Program-made: the position numbers and the translations under genes
Notes under the pieces: generated by a model
Told to the model about the DNA's origin: nothing
Seen by the model: the letters and a program-made list of their open reading frames with translations, nothing else
Databases searched by the model: none
Source: an uncultured Chroococcidiopsis sp.
Lineage (GTDB): Bacteria > Cyanobacteriota > Cyanobacteriia > Cyanobacteriales > Chroococcidiopsidaceae
Direction of reading: 5' to 3'
Assembly (NCBI GenBank): GCA_964248365.1
Contig: CAXTYC010000026.1
Coordinates: forward strand, 1-64,000
Length of the DNA: 64,000 nt
Shown: positions 20,631-31,097 of the stretch, in pieces
Position numbering within the stretch: position 1 is the first letter of the stretch
How the letters are laid out: each line of letters begins with the position of its first letter

Positions 20631-21449
20631 TTAAGAGCGATATAGCCATAAAGGTAAACCACTAGTAGATACTTCAAATTCAAGTCTTTCGAATTTGTCA
20701 GCTAAGCCAGATGCTACTTGACTATTGCCAAACAAGCGAGCCAAAAATGGTTTACGCTCTTCTAGGGTGTAGCACTTAGTTTTATCTGGGTCAAGCCCCG
20801 CCAATTCGGCAGCCCAGCGACGAGCATCTTCCTCGGTTCCCAATCGGTCTACAACACCTAGTTCTATAGCTTGCTGTCCGGTGAAAATGCGACCATCAGC
20901 AAAACTTTTAACTGCGTCTAGGGCTAAATTGCGATTCTGAGCAACTGTTTGAACAAACTGCTGATAACTTGTGTCAATTAATTCTTGCAGGATGTGCTGT
21001 TCTGGCTGGGTTAATTCGCGGTCAAAAGCCAAAATGTCTTTATAAGGACCAGACTTAACTACTTTGAACGAAACACCGATTTTCTCCAATAGACGTTCTA
21101 GATTATTACCTCTGAGAATCACGCCAATACTACCTGTAATCGTACCTGGGTTTGCCATAATGTGTTTGGCTCCCATGCCGATGTATACACCCCCAGAAGC
21201 AGAGATGTTGCCAAAGCTGGCGACAATTTTAACTTTTTCTTGTAGTCGCTTTAAGGCACTGTAGATTTCTTGAGAATCCCCAACTGTACCACCAGGGCTA
21301 TCTATCCGCAGCAATAGGGCAGGAAACCGTTTTTCCTCTACAGTTTTGAGAGCGTCTAGCACTCTTTTGCGGGTGGCGCTGGCGATCGCCCCATTAATTT
21401 CTATCCGAGCAATTTGTTTGCGAAAACGAGGCTTAAAAGGCCAAACCAT
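20631..21449 (-). CDS. sppA: Signal peptide peptidase SppA (36K type)
   Basis: Motifs RIDSPGG, SASGGVY, TGSIGV, KSGPYKD and ADGRIFTG. Confidence 0.93.
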   Translation of the reverse strand: MVWPFKPRFRKQIARIEINGAIASATRKRVLDALKTVEEKRFPALLLRIDSPGGTVGDSQEIYSALKRLQEKVKIVASFGNISASGGVYIGMGAKHIMANPGTITGSIGVILRGNNLERLLEKIGVSFKVVKSGPYKDILAFDRELTQPEQHILQELIDTSYQQFVQTVAQNRNLALDAVKSFADGRIFTGQQAIELGVVDRLGTEEDARRWAAELAGLDPDKTKCYTLEERKPFLARLFGNSQVASGLADKFERLEFEVSTSGLPLWLYRS

Positions 21450-21612
21450 GTGTAGTACTTGTTTGCTGTCGTGAAGGAATAAATTTATACTAAGCCCAAA
21501 GCTCAAGCATACTAATCACCTGCTGTCAACTAGGATCTACCACGTCGGCAAAAGCAACAGCAGGCTCTATAAATCTAGTTTGCCTTATAAATGTGTGTCT
21601 AGGTCGGGGCTG

Positions 21613-21657
21613 GAGGCTAGAGGCTAGAGGCTAGAGGCTAGAGGCTAGAGGCTAGAG
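21613..21657. repeat. STRR-type heptamer repeat (GAGGCTA)n
   Basis: About six tandem copies. Confidence 0.9.
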
Positions 21658-21716
21658 GATTTTGGGGACCTTGGATTAGATTTTCTCCTGTTGCCCCTTG
21701 CGCCCCTTGCGCCCCT

Positions 21717-22367
21717 CTACCCCCCAGTTCCCCCAGTTCCCCCAGTTCCCCTAGCTCCTAGCCCCTCATCCGACCCCCGTATCCGTGCTTTACCAGTAGC
21801 ATCTAGCTGCATATTGCACTGACTGGAATTTTGACTAAAGTCGCAAGTATAAGAAGCCAAAAGTTCTTTTTGTTCGTTGAAGACTCTGAGGTTGTAACCG
21901 TAATCTCGTGCTACTGTGCCAAAGTGATTAACGAATTCGTAGCGCCCAATGTAGTCAAGCGAACTCCAATTTTGTCGATTTACAAATAGGTCGATGCGTC
22001 CAGCTGTTTCGCCTTGCGCCGGATAAGCTAACCAGTTATTGAGTACATCACCCCCAAACTGTTCTTTCGCCCACCAGAGACTGGGAATTGTCAATCCTTC
22101 TTGAGATATAGTGTTGGATGTAATTACACGACCATCACGAATTGCCTCGGAGCCAGGGTTACCAGGTTCCAAGGGAGCCTGGGAAGGCTGTAGGATCGTT
22201 GGGGTTTGTGAGTGTGATGGTGGGGTTGGCAAAAGCGCGTAAGCGTTGCTTAACGAAGTTATCGCGCCTATGCTGACACCTAATAGCATCTGCGATGATT
22301 TCAGCCATGAATTCATCTTCTTTGGCACACTATACATTGCTAATTTGTCATTAATCGTTGTTACCAC
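21717..22367 (-). CDS. Conserved cyanobacterial hypothetical protein; start uncertain
   Basis: Motifs PSLWW and FGTVARDYGYNLRVF. The GTG-repeat tail comes from a tandem 9-mer. Confidence 0.7.
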   Translation of the reverse strand: MVTTINDKLAMYSVPKKMNSWLKSSQMLLGVSIGAITSLSNAYALLPTPPSHSQTPTILQPSQAPLEPGNPGSEAIRDGRVITSNTISQEGLTIPSLWWAKEQFGGDVLNNWLAYPAQGETAGRIDLFVNRQNWSSLDYIGRYEFVNHFGTVARDYGYNLRVFNEQKELLASYTCDFSQNSSQCNMQLDATGKARIRGSDEGLGARGTGGTGGTGG

Positions 22368-22577
22368 AACTTTGACAAATTAGCAAGGTAGCCGCCGACT
22401 ATACTGAACTCATACAGCAGCCCGTTTGATGTGTGTAATCTTCGATTGTGGCTGTACGAGTGTTACTTGTCAAGCGCCTACGTCAGGATCAATAGCGTCT
22501 ATGTCCTTTGCTGAATAACAAATGACTTTTGACTAATGACTAGCATACGCAGTATTTCATTTTTCCAAATGCGATGG

Positions 22578-23267
22578 CTACGCCCTTGATTTACTGGCTT
22601 TGATCACATTGCGGGTTCTACCCCAAATCGTGAGAAAAATAGTACCAGAAATCAAAGACCCCAAAACTAACCTAACAGCATTTTTAATCAGAGCAAAGCT
22701 ATTATTTGCTTGAGCGTCTGCTTCTGATTTTGTTGCTTGCTCAGCTTGGGCAATTTGTGCCAACACTTGTTTTTTTACTGCCTCTGGATTCCTAATTTGT
22801 AATGGTGCATTTTGAGGATTGAGACTACGCAAAACCTGAGTAATTTGTTCAGGCGTATTAGCTTTGTTTAGCTGGGTTTTCAATTGCTGAATTTGAGTTG
22901 TCCTTTGCTGAATCTGAGATGACCTTTGAGAAAATTGCAAGTCATTTTGCTGCTGAATCCGCCAAGCAGAACTGATAGCTAAAGGTATAAGTAAGAAAAA
23001 CAAAACGGCAGCTACAACACTTGCCCAAGATAAAAATTTAAAAAACCGAAAGTTTTGTTCTCCAACTAATACCAACACTAATCCTATCAATGGCACAGGT
23101 ACACGGTCAACTAGTTGATTTGCTAGCTGAAATTCCCAGCCTGGATCTGTAAAGCGAAAAGGAATAAAAAGCCCCAAAAGATCTAATAAAGACAAAGCTA
23201 ATAAGCTATAGCCTGCTAAACGAAAAAGAGGAGCGAACCACTCTTGACTGCTATCTGATTGTTTCAC
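22578..23267 (-). CDS. hpsJ: HpsJ-family protein (cyanoexosortase A-associated)
   Basis: Motif PGWEFQLANQLVDRVPVPLIG; TM helices plus coiled coil; gene context. Confidence 0.8.
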   Translation of the reverse strand: MKQSDSSQEWFAPLFRLAGYSLLALSLLDLLGLFIPFRFTDPGWEFQLANQLVDRVPVPLIGLVLVLVGEQNFRFFKFLSWASVVAAVLFFLLIPLAISSAWRIQQQNDLQFSQRSSQIQQRTTQIQQLKTQLNKANTPEQITQVLRSLNPQNAPLQIRNPEAVKKQVLAQIAQAEQATKSEADAQANNSFALIKNAVRLVLGSLISGTIFLTIWGRTRNVIKASKSRA

Positions 23268-23358
23268 TTAAAAACACCATTAAATTAATAACTCGTAACT
23301 GATAACTGGTAACTGGTAATTGTCTCCCTCTTATTTATACTCTGTCCATATATAAGGA

Positions 23359-24045
23359 TCAAATTTGAGGAAAGCGGGAATGCCACCATTTGTACCAAGA
23401 AAACCATGCCTGTTCTAAAGTCGCATAGGCAGATTCTGGATCAGACTGATTTAAGGGTATAGACAAGTGCGTCCACAGGCAACGATTGTCACGCAGCTCT
23501 TGCCGTCCGAATATCCAAAGCAGTACACGTTGGAATTGCATATCATAGTGAACGCGGTTGTAGTCAAATTGTGCTGAAGTAAATGTACTACCCCCTTGTG
23601 GGTTGATACAAGCATTTAAATACGCCTGCTTTCGATGTGTAAAAACACCGTAGAAACCAATTTGTTTATTTTGGCGTATATTCGGCATTGGTTGAGACGG
23701 CGGAAACACAATATCGGTATACTTTTCTATCAACTCCTTCATCTCCCCTTGTGTATTGACTTCATAGCGCATTTTGATTTCTAGGGGAATATCATTTTGC
23801 TTATAGCTATATTGCATTCCAGGTAGAACTAACTTCCCGTATGGAAGTTCATCGATAGTTCGATTGGGCAGAGATTTACTTGCCACAAACTGCCATTGCG
23901 GTAGGGGAACTGAGGAAGGAAAAACAAAACGAGTAACTGTTCGTCTGCCAATTCCAGGGTCAATAATTGTCTTGCCAAAAACGAATACCGCACTAGCAAA
24001 TGTGAATACTAGCACAGGTATTCGCAGCTTTTTCTCAAGATTCAT
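23359..24045 (-). CDS. Cyanoexosortase A system-associated protein
   Basis: Motifs ACINPQGGSTFT and DNRCLWTHLS; overlaps the exosortase gene. Confidence 0.85.
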   Translation of the reverse strand: MNLEKKLRIPVLVFTFASAVFVFGKTIIDPGIGRRTVTRFVFPSSVPLPQWQFVASKSLPNRTIDELPYGKLVLPGMQYSYKQNDIPLEIKMRYEVNTQGEMKELIEKYTDIVFPPSQPMPNIRQNKQIGFYGVFTHRKQAYLNACINPQGGSTFTSAQFDYNRVHYDMQFQRVLLWIFGRQELRDNRCLWTHLSIPLNQSDPESAYATLEQAWFSWYKWWHSRFPQI

Positions 24046-24920
24046 GATCCAGAAAGCTCCTTGGGCTGTTTGTTGTCAATATCTGTTTTCTGGCTGACAA
24101 AATAGCAGAACGCACCAAACAGCAGGGTAGAAATCAGAAAAAATATCTGAGAGCCAGTTCCTGTATGCCAGTATTTAAAAGTCCCAGGCTCAGAGTACGC
24201 GACTAGAGTAGCCATGATAGCGACGCGCACACTATTGACAATAAAAGCAATCAAAACCGCAGCGAGGGGAACTAAGATTTTAGCGACTAATTTAGTGGGG
24301 AACATCACCAAAAAAATTACTGATAATTTTAATAGTGGGAATATACTTTCCCAGCCAGAACAGCCAGCAGCCACCTCTACGCTTCCGTTGGGAGGAAGGA
24401 AGATAAAAACTCCTTGGCGATGGACTTCATACCCTAAATAAGTTAGGATTGCCGTAGCAGTCTTAGCAGTGTAAATTGATAGTATACTAATTCGATCTAC
24501 TAGTAAGTGTAATGGGGCATGGACAGCTAAGATAACTAGAAGTTCCTGCCAATATTGAGTCAATCCCTTAACTCCAGAAGCTAACAATGCTAGACCTAAT
24601 CCAGCAATGAATGGACACAGGAAAAAAACTGAGTCAAAACTTGTCATCACTACGCTTCTGACAAGTACAAAAGCAATAAGTAATAAGCCGAAAAAGCTAG
24701 ATAAAACGTCGCTTTTGAAGCTGAAAGTGTGGCGTTTTTCCCATAAAAGAGATAACACAGCGCCCCAACCAAGAACACTCAAACTTGCCCCAGTCAAGTT
24801 TGGATCGCTTCTCCAAATCAGGTTCAAGTGAATAGCAATTAAACTGCCAGCGATCGCTAGTAACCAAAATTGTGTATTTTTTAGCGGTCTAAATTCCCCT
24901 AGGGAAGTAGCTTTGCTCAT
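24042..24920 (-). CDS. crtA: Cyanoexosortase A
   Basis: Exosortase triad motifs VAAGCSG, NSVRV and YWHTG. Confidence 0.88.
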   Translation of the reverse strand: MSKATSLGEFRPLKNTQFWLLAIAGSLIAIHLNLIWRSDPNLTGASLSVLGWGAVLSLLWEKRHTFSFKSDVLSSFFGLLLIAFVLVRSVVMTSFDSVFFLCPFIAGLGLALLASGVKGLTQYWQELLVILAVHAPLHLLVDRISILSIYTAKTATAILTYLGYEVHRQGVFIFLPPNGSVEVAAGCSGWESIFPLLKLSVIFLVMFPTKLVAKILVPLAAVLIAFIVNSVRVAIMATLVAYSEPGTFKYWHTGTGSQIFFLISTLLFGAFCYFVSQKTDIDNKQPKELSGS

Positions 24921-24998
24921 AAAGTTATGAATATGAAGGATAAATTATGAATTATCAAAATTATAAGGTATAAATTTAACATTAGCATTCATAATTTA

Positions 24999-26129
24999 TC
25001 ATCCCCACAGCCTGCGTCTAGGAGATCCATTCAGGCGATCATGAGTGTCAAACAGCAGTTTAGGAATATCTAGTTCTTCAGGACAGCGAGGTAAGCAGTC
25101 ACCGCATTGCGTACACTTATTTGCTTTCATTCCATCGAACCAGTGACCAGCGTTTTCAAACATTCGATAACGATACTCGCCATACTCTTTCATATCGTAA
25201 GCAACAGCTAGATTGCGTAGTCGCAAAACTTCGGGAATATTGATTTTCTCTGGACAAGGTAAGCAAGCATAGCAAGAGCTACAGCGATCGCTGTGCAAAG
25301 TATCTGCTGCCACCGTCTCTAAATGCTGCAAAACTTCCACTTCCTTTGGTGTCAGTGGTTCATCCCGATCAGCTACACTTAAAGGTTCTATCAGTTCAGA
25401 AGGATTGGCTGCTCCCACACTCAGGGTAGTAATCCTCGGATCGCTCAGTAAAAAGCGGTAATTTAACTCTAAAGGTGAAAAAGGATAGCATAAGTCTTTA
25501 AGAATGTCTGGCGGCGTGTAAAGCCGTCCTCCCTTATCAGCGGGTGAAATGATAAAAACACCCATATCCTTGGCGTGTGCTAGCTCAATTGCTGCTGCAT
25601 TACGCTGAAAAAAGTAGTAATAATGCAGGTTGACAAATTCAAATAAATCTGTATTAATTGCTGCTGTGATAATCTCTAGGGGAGCATGAGTAGAAAAGCC
25701 AACGTGTCGCACTCGACCATCAGCAACAGCTTCCCCAACGGCTTGCATACAGCCCTGATCCCGCTGCACCAAGTCCAAATGTTCCCAGGTATTAATACCA
25801 TGAATCGCTAGGCAATCGAGGTAATCTACTTCTAATCGCTCTAGCGACTCATCAATATGGCGACGCATTAAATCGGCATCTGGCTGGGGAGAGATTTTAG
25901 TAGTAATGTAGAGTTGCGATCGCGGCACAAGCAACTCGCTTTTAAGCGCCGCACCCAGGTACAACTCACTTTTGCCATAACCTCTGGCAGTTTCTATGTG
26001 ATTAATACCCAGAAATACAGCTTGTTGTATAGTCTGTCTAGCGTTTTCCTCCGAAGCCAGATAGCGCATCGTTCCCAAGGAAAACACTGACAACCACAAG
26101 TTCGTTTTGCCAAACTGTCGGTAGCGCAT
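24999..26129 (-). CDS. Aldo/keto reductase with C-terminal 4Fe-4S domain
   Basis: MRYRQFGKT start; HIETARGYG; CSSCYACLPC and CTQCGDCLPRC. Confidence 0.92.
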   Translation of the reverse strand: MRYRQFGKTNLWLSVFSLGTMRYLASEENARQTIQQAVFLGINHIETARGYGKSELYLGAALKSELLVPRSQLYITTKISPQPDADLMRRHIDESLERLEVDYLDCLAIHGINTWEHLDLVQRDQGCMQAVGEAVADGRVRHVGFSTHAPLEIITAAINTDLFEFVNLHYYYFFQRNAAAIELAHAKDMGVFIISPADKGGRLYTPPDILKDLCYPFSPLELNYRFLLSDPRITTLSVGAANPSELIEPLSVADRDEPLTPKEVEVLQHLETVAADTLHSDRCSSCYACLPCPEKINIPEVLRLRNLAVAYDMKEYGEYRYRMFENAGHWFDGMKANKCTQCGDCLPRCPEELDIPKLLFDTHDRLNGSPRRRLWG

Positions 26130-26143
26130 ATGTCTAGTGAATA

Positions 26144-26210
26144 GTAGGAGGGGCGGATTTAAAAGAGTTATCTGTTTGCTCACAAGTATGCCTAATAAAC
26201 CCGCCCGTAC
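26144..26210. repeat. Palindromic REP-like element
   Basis: GGGCGGATTT...AAACCCGCCCGTAC. Confidence 0.7.
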
Positions 26211-26326
26211 CCAAGTAGTGAGTAGGGAAAATGGTAAAGGTTAAAGATTTAAACTTCATCCTTTACACTTCATCCTTTTTGCCTTTTCCCTCGCCACTTT
26301 TCCACTCGCCCCTCGCCACTTTGAAA

Positions 26327-26830
26327 TTAGGCTTCCCCCGCACTATAGCCGCCACCCTTGATTAAATCTTCAGGTCGGATATCAGCAAGAAATTCCCGAA
26401 AGGCTCGCTGTTCGGCTTCATCAGCTTCTCGATCAACGGGAATGGAAGCATCGGCTAGTACTTCTTCCATCACCCAAATCGGGGTGTTGGTGCGTAGGGC
26501 GATCGCGATCGCGTCGCTAGGACGAGCATCAATTTCTTTTTTCACCTCACCTTGACGGACACTCAAAATAGCAAAAAACGTTCCATCCTGAATCGAATGA
26601 ATAATCACCTTTTCTAGGGACATATCCCAGATTTGGAGAATATTCACCATCAAGTCATGGGTGAGAGGTCGGGGCGGTTTCTGATTTTCTAGCGCCCCAA
26701 TGATCGCCTTTGCCTGGTCTTGATTTATATAGATTGGCAGCGCTCTTCGCTCTTGACCATCTTTCAACAACACAATTGGACTGCGATTTACCGCATCTAA
26801 AGCAATGCCAGCGACTCTCATTTCAATCAT
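26327..26830 (-). CDS. Bifunctional nuclease family protein (DUF151)
   Basis: Motifs PPRPLTHDL and IDARPSDAIAIALR. Confidence 0.92.
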   Translation of the reverse strand: MIEMRVAGIALDAVNRSPIVLLKDGQERRALPIYINQDQAKAIIGALENQKPPRPLTHDLMVNILQIWDMSLEKVIIHSIQDGTFFAILSVRQGEVKKEIDARPSDAIAIALRTNTPIWVMEEVLADASIPVDREADEAEQRAFREFLADIRPEDLIKGGGYSAGEA

Positions 26831-27185
26831 TTGCGTAGCCTCTAAAATTTTCTAGGCAAAGGTAAGTAAGTAGACAGGGAAGGTTGTTACTGTATAGATA
26901 GGGATAAGAATAAAAATACTTTATAGCTTTATTGAATATAGCTTTAATAGAATTAATTGCGTCCAAACACAGCAGCAATCACAAAGCTAACTCAAACGAC
27001 TATAGCTAAGGATAGATTTCCAACCAACTCCTTATCTAAAAGTATGCCCTGATTTTATGATGATTCTATTCAACTAGCTCTCACAACTTTTGCCAGATCC
27101 AAGTGATAAATTGAAGTAAATACAAGCTTTAAAGTATAAATCAGCCTCAATCAGTTAAATTCACTCAATTATTTGAAAAAAAGCC

Positions 27186-27845
27186 GTGTTTACAGGATTA
27201 GTACAAGCATTAGGAAAAATTCGCTCACTAGGAAGCTACGATTATGAAATTTCTTGTGAGAGTGAGCAAAAGGATGTAATTTTAAAAGATTTGGCGATCG
27301 GTGATAGCGTCGCTGTGGATGGCGTATGCCTAAGTGTAATGAAGATATTACCCCAAGGATTTATTGCCGCCGCTTCGCCCGAAACTCTTAGCCGTACTAC
27401 CCTAGGACAACGGCAAATCGATGAGGGCTATGTCAACTTAGAAACTTCGCTGCGAGTTGGTAGTAAACTAGGGGGACATTTTGTTATGGGTCATGTAGAC
27501 GGTACAGGTAGTCTACAAGCTCTAGAGCAAACAGCGACTTCTTGGGAAATGAGCTTTACTACAACAGATGCGATCGCCCGTTACATCGTCCCCAAAGGAA
27601 GCATCGCCGTCAATGGAGTCAGCCTAACCATAGCAGACTATGATCCAGCACAAAACTGGTTCAAAGTAGCCGTAATTCCCCTCACTTATGCCGATACCAA
27701 CCTGCGCTATCTCAGTCTAGGTAGCTTAGTAAACCTAGAAGCCGACATATTGGGCAAATACGTAGAAAAGCTACACCATTTCAACCCCAACCACAAAGCA
27801 GCAGATATCACCCCAGCCTTTTTAATAGAACACGGGTACTTGTAA
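27186..27845 (+). CDS. ribE: Riboflavin synthase alpha chain
   Basis: Motifs MFTGLV, GGHFVMGHVD and KGSIAVNGVSLT. Confidence 0.95.
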   Translation: MFTGLVQALGKIRSLGSYDYEISCESEQKDVILKDLAIGDSVAVDGVCLSVMKILPQGFIAAASPETLSRTTLGQRQIDEGYVNLETSLRVGSKLGGHFVMGHVDGTGSLQALEQTATSWEMSFTTTDAIARYIVPKGSIAVNGVSLTIADYDPAQNWFKVAVIPLTYADTNLRYLSLGSLVNLEADILGKYVEKLHHFNPNHKAADITPAFLIEHGYL

Positions 27846-27850
27846 AATGA

Positions 27851-27890
27851 AAGGGGAAAGGGAAAAGGGAAAAGGGAAAAGGGAAAAGGG
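27851..27890. repeat. Heptamer repeat (GGGAAAA)n
   Basis: Tandem copies after ribE; a similar tract lies near 29785. Confidence 0.8.
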
Positions 27891-28048
27891 TAATTTCCCC
27901 CCAGATCCTCCAGCTTCCCCATCTTCCCATCTCCCACTTTCCCCCTCTTATAAAAAGTAGCTTGCCTCAAGAGCCTTCAACCCCCTGAGCAAGCTACCTC
28001 TCTAATCTCTTTCCTCTGCGTCCTCTGCGTCCTTTGCGGTTCGTTTCT

Positions 28049-29449
28049 CTAAAGCTGCTTTACCTCAGAAACCAACTTAGCCACCGCATCCTTAGCACTA
28101 CCAAAAAGCATCGTAGTTTTATCCTTGTAGAACAACTCATTGTCTACACCAGCAAAACCCGTACTCATACCCCGCTTAATCACGATAGTCTGCTTAGCTC
28201 GATCTACTTCCAGAATTGGCATACCATAAATCGGGCTAGCAGAATCGTGACGAGCCGCCGGATTGACTACATCGTTTGCCCCAATCACCAAAGCGACATC
28301 AGTTTGGTCAAAGTGATCGTTAATATCATCCATATCATACAACTGGGTATAAGGCACATTAGCCTCTGCCAGCAACACATTCATGTGTCCAGGCATTCTA
28401 CCAGCAACTGGGTGAATAGCGTACTTAACATCTACTCCCAGCTTTTCGAGTTGATCTGCCAACTCGCGCACCGAATGCTGTGCCTGAGCTACTGCCATAC
28501 CGTAGCCTGGAACAACCACGACAGAACGAGCATAGCCCAACATCATCGCGGCTTCTTCTGGATCTACACTACGGACAGTTTTATCAGTTTGAGCTGATCC
28601 ACCAGCGCCACCAGCTGCCCCAACTTTCCCAAAAGCTCCAAACAGCACACTGAATAGAGAGCGGTTCATCGCCTTACACATAATCTCAGTCAAGATTAAT
28701 CCCGACGCTCCCACCAATGCACCAGCGATGATCAACATATTGTTCATCACCACAAAACCAGCGGCACTCGCGGCTATACCGGATAACGAGTTCAACAGCG
28801 AAATTACTACAGGCATATCGCCGCCGCCGATGGGGATGACAAACAGCACACCCAGGAGTAAGGAAACAGCAACCAGTGCCAAGAATATTGGCAGAAGGGG
28901 TGTACCCACAAAATAGACACCACCCACCACAAAGCCAATCAGGAGCAAAACGTTAATCGGTTGCTGTAAAGGAAATGTAATCGGAGAGCCACTGATTAAA
29001 CCTTGCAGTTTGGCAAAGGCTACCATACTGCCAGTAAAGGTGACACCGCCAATAAACACGTCTAGCAACATGGAGATATTGGCATCGAGGGGAATGGCGT
29101 GTGTGGTTCCCATTAGCCGCCAAAACTCCGCCACAGCTACCAAAGCCGAAGCAGCACCACCCAATCCGTTCAACAAGCCCACCATTTGGGGCATTTCAGT
29201 CATTTGCACTTTATAGGCAACGATCGCTCCCACAAAAGAACCAATCGCCAACCCCAGCAGAATCATCTGGTAATTCAACACCTGCTGATCTAGCAGCGTT
29301 GCCACCACAGCTAGCAACATTCCCACAGCGGCAAGTAAATTGCCGTTACGTGCCGTCGCGGGTGATCCCAGCTTTTTCAACCCCACAATAAACAAAGATG
29401 CAGCAACTAAGTACGTCAGCTGAATCCCAGTCGGCAAAAACTCACTCAC
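28049..29449 (-). CDS. pntB: NAD(P) transhydrogenase beta subunit
   Basis: Motifs PGYGMAVAQAQ, HPVAGRMPGHMNV and GANDVVNP. Confidence 0.97.
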   Translation of the reverse strand: MSEFLPTGIQLTYLVAASLFIVGLKKLGSPATARNGNLLAAVGMLLAVVATLLDQQVLNYQMILLGLAIGSFVGAIVAYKVQMTEMPQMVGLLNGLGGAASALVAVAEFWRLMGTTHAIPLDANISMLLDVFIGGVTFTGSMVAFAKLQGLISGSPITFPLQQPINVLLLIGFVVGGVYFVGTPLLPIFLALVAVSLLLGVLFVIPIGGGDMPVVISLLNSLSGIAASAAGFVVMNNMLIIAGALVGASGLILTEIMCKAMNRSLFSVLFGAFGKVGAAGGAGGSAQTDKTVRSVDPEEAAMMLGYARSVVVVPGYGMAVAQAQHSVRELADQLEKLGVDVKYAIHPVAGRMPGHMNVLLAEANVPYTQLYDMDDINDHFDQTDVALVIGANDVVNPAARHDSASPIYGMPILEVDRAKQTIVIKRGMSTGFAGVDNELFYKDKTTMLFGSAKDAVAKLVSEVKQL

Positions 29450-29739
29450 GCTTTCACCTCTTTTTTCTTGAACATTTGCAACATCCGATCTGTAACTAGG
29501 AAACCACCAACTACGTTAACGGTTGCCAGCACTATAGCAATCAATCCCAAAATCACTGACAAATTCCAGTCTTTGGGACCTGCAACCACCAAAGCCCCAA
29601 TTACGGCAATGCCAGAAATGGCATTTGCCCCAGACATCAACGGAGTATGTAATGTCGGTGGTACTTTGTTAATTACCTCAAATCCGGTAAAAGATGCGAG
29701 GACGAATACGAAAAAAGCAGCAATCAATGTTTCTGTCAT
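29446..29739 (-). CDS. pntA: NAD(P) transhydrogenase alpha subunit part 2
   Basis: Motifs LHTPLMSGANAISG and GGFLVTDRML. Confidence 0.95.
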   Translation of the reverse strand: MTETLIAAFFVFVLASFTGFEVINKVPPTLHTPLMSGANAISGIAVIGALVVAGPKDWNLSVILGLIAIVLATVNVVGGFLVTDRMLQMFKKKEVKA

Positions 29740-29930
29740 AGTTAAAAACTCCTTTTGGTAATTGGTAGTTGGTAGTTGGTGAAAGGGGAAAAGGGAAAAG
29801 GGAAAAGGTGAAAGGGTAATTCCTGGTTCCTGGTTCATAATTTTTCTTTTCCCCTCTGCACCTGAAGCTCCCCTGCTTCCCTACTCCCTACTCCAAAACG
29901 AACTACTCCCTTTCCCATTACCGATATTTG

Positions 29931-31097
29931 TTACCCTGCGGTTGCACCGCTGAAAGTTGCTAAAGCCTCCTTCACCCGTGAGTTGCGAATTTCCCCAGCA
30001 TGGGTAATACAAGCAGCATCGATGATGTCGTCCTCGAAGTTCAGATTTAGGTTTTTGTCCTTAATCATGAGTTGGACTAGGGTAGAAAGGTTTTTGGCGT
30101 ACAACTGGCTAGCGTGTACTGGTACTGATGAGGGTAGATTAATTGAACCAATAATGGTGACACCGTTACGTTGAACGTCTTTCCCAGGTTCAGTTAGGGC
30201 GCAGTTTCCTCCCTGTTCAGCGGCAATATCGACAATTACAGCACCAGGTTTCATCTGCGCTACCATTTCCTCTGTGACTAACAGCGGGGCTTTCTTGCCT
30301 GGAACTTGAGCCGTCGTGATTACTACATCTGCTTGCTTAATGTGTTCGGTTACAACTTCCTGGGTACGCTGCTTGCTAGATTCGGAAATTTCCTTGGCAT
30401 ATCCTCCGGCTGCGACTGTTTCTTCGTTCAGCTCGACTTCGATGAATTTGGCTCCCAAACTTTGTACTTCTTCCTTGACAGCAGGGCGGATATCAAATGC
30501 TTCTACGATCGCACCTAGTCGGCGGGCGGTGGCGATCGCTTGCAGCCCTGCTACACCAGCACCCATAATAAATACTTTAGCTGGGGCGATCGTGCCTGCT
30601 GCTGTTGTTAACATTGGGAAGTACTTGGGCAATGCAGCTGCTGCTATTAATACAGCTTTGTAGCCTGCAATCGATGCCTGGGATGACAAGGCATCCATGC
30701 TCTGCGCCCTGGTAGTACGGGGGATCATTTCTATACTAAAAGCCGTGATTCGGCGTTCTGCCAGCCGTTGCGCTACGGATGGTTCACCCAAGGGATTGAG
30801 AAACCCAATCAATACAGCTCCTTCGTGCAGCATATCAATTTCCGATCGCCCATCCTCTCGCTCTTGCGGTAATCCAACTTTGAGCAGGATATCTGCTTCA
30901 TGCCATAAGGTAGCAGGATCGTCAATTATTTTTGCTCCTGCTGCTTCATACGCAGCATCAGAGAAAAACGACCGTTCACCAGCTCCCGCCTCTACCCATA
31001 CTTCTAGCCCTTGTTTAACCAATCGGGCAACTATGTCTGGTACTAAAGCGACACGACGTTCACCAACTTCAATTTCTTTGGCAACCGCTATTTTCAT
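29931..31097 (-). CDS. pntA: NAD(P) transhydrogenase alpha subunit part 1
   Basis: Motifs ERRVA, RAQSMDALSS, GAGVAGLQ and GGYAKE. Confidence 0.96.
   Translation of the reverse strand: MKIAVAKEIEVGERRVALVPDIVARLVKQGLEVWVEAGAGERSFFSDAAYEAAGAKIIDDPATLWHEADILLKVGLPQEREDGRSEIDMLHEGAVLIGFLNPLGEPSVAQRLAERRITAFSIEMIPRTTRAQSMDALSSQASIAGYKAVLIAAAALPKYFPMLTTAAGTIAPAKVFIMGAGVAGLQAIATARRLGAIVEAFDIRPAVKEEVQSLGAKFIEVELNEETVAAGGYAKEISESSKQRTQEVVTEHIKQADVVITTAQVPGKKAPLLVTEEMVAQMKPGAVIVDIAAEQGGNCALTEPGKDVQRNGVTIIGSINLPSSVPVHASQLYAKNLSTLVQLMIKDKNLNLNFEDDIIDAACITHAGEIRNSRVKEALATFSGATAG

Noticed and set aside
22578..24920. Cyanoexosortase A locus as a novel system
   Set aside because: It is an already described PEP-CTERM sorting locus with the usual gene order.
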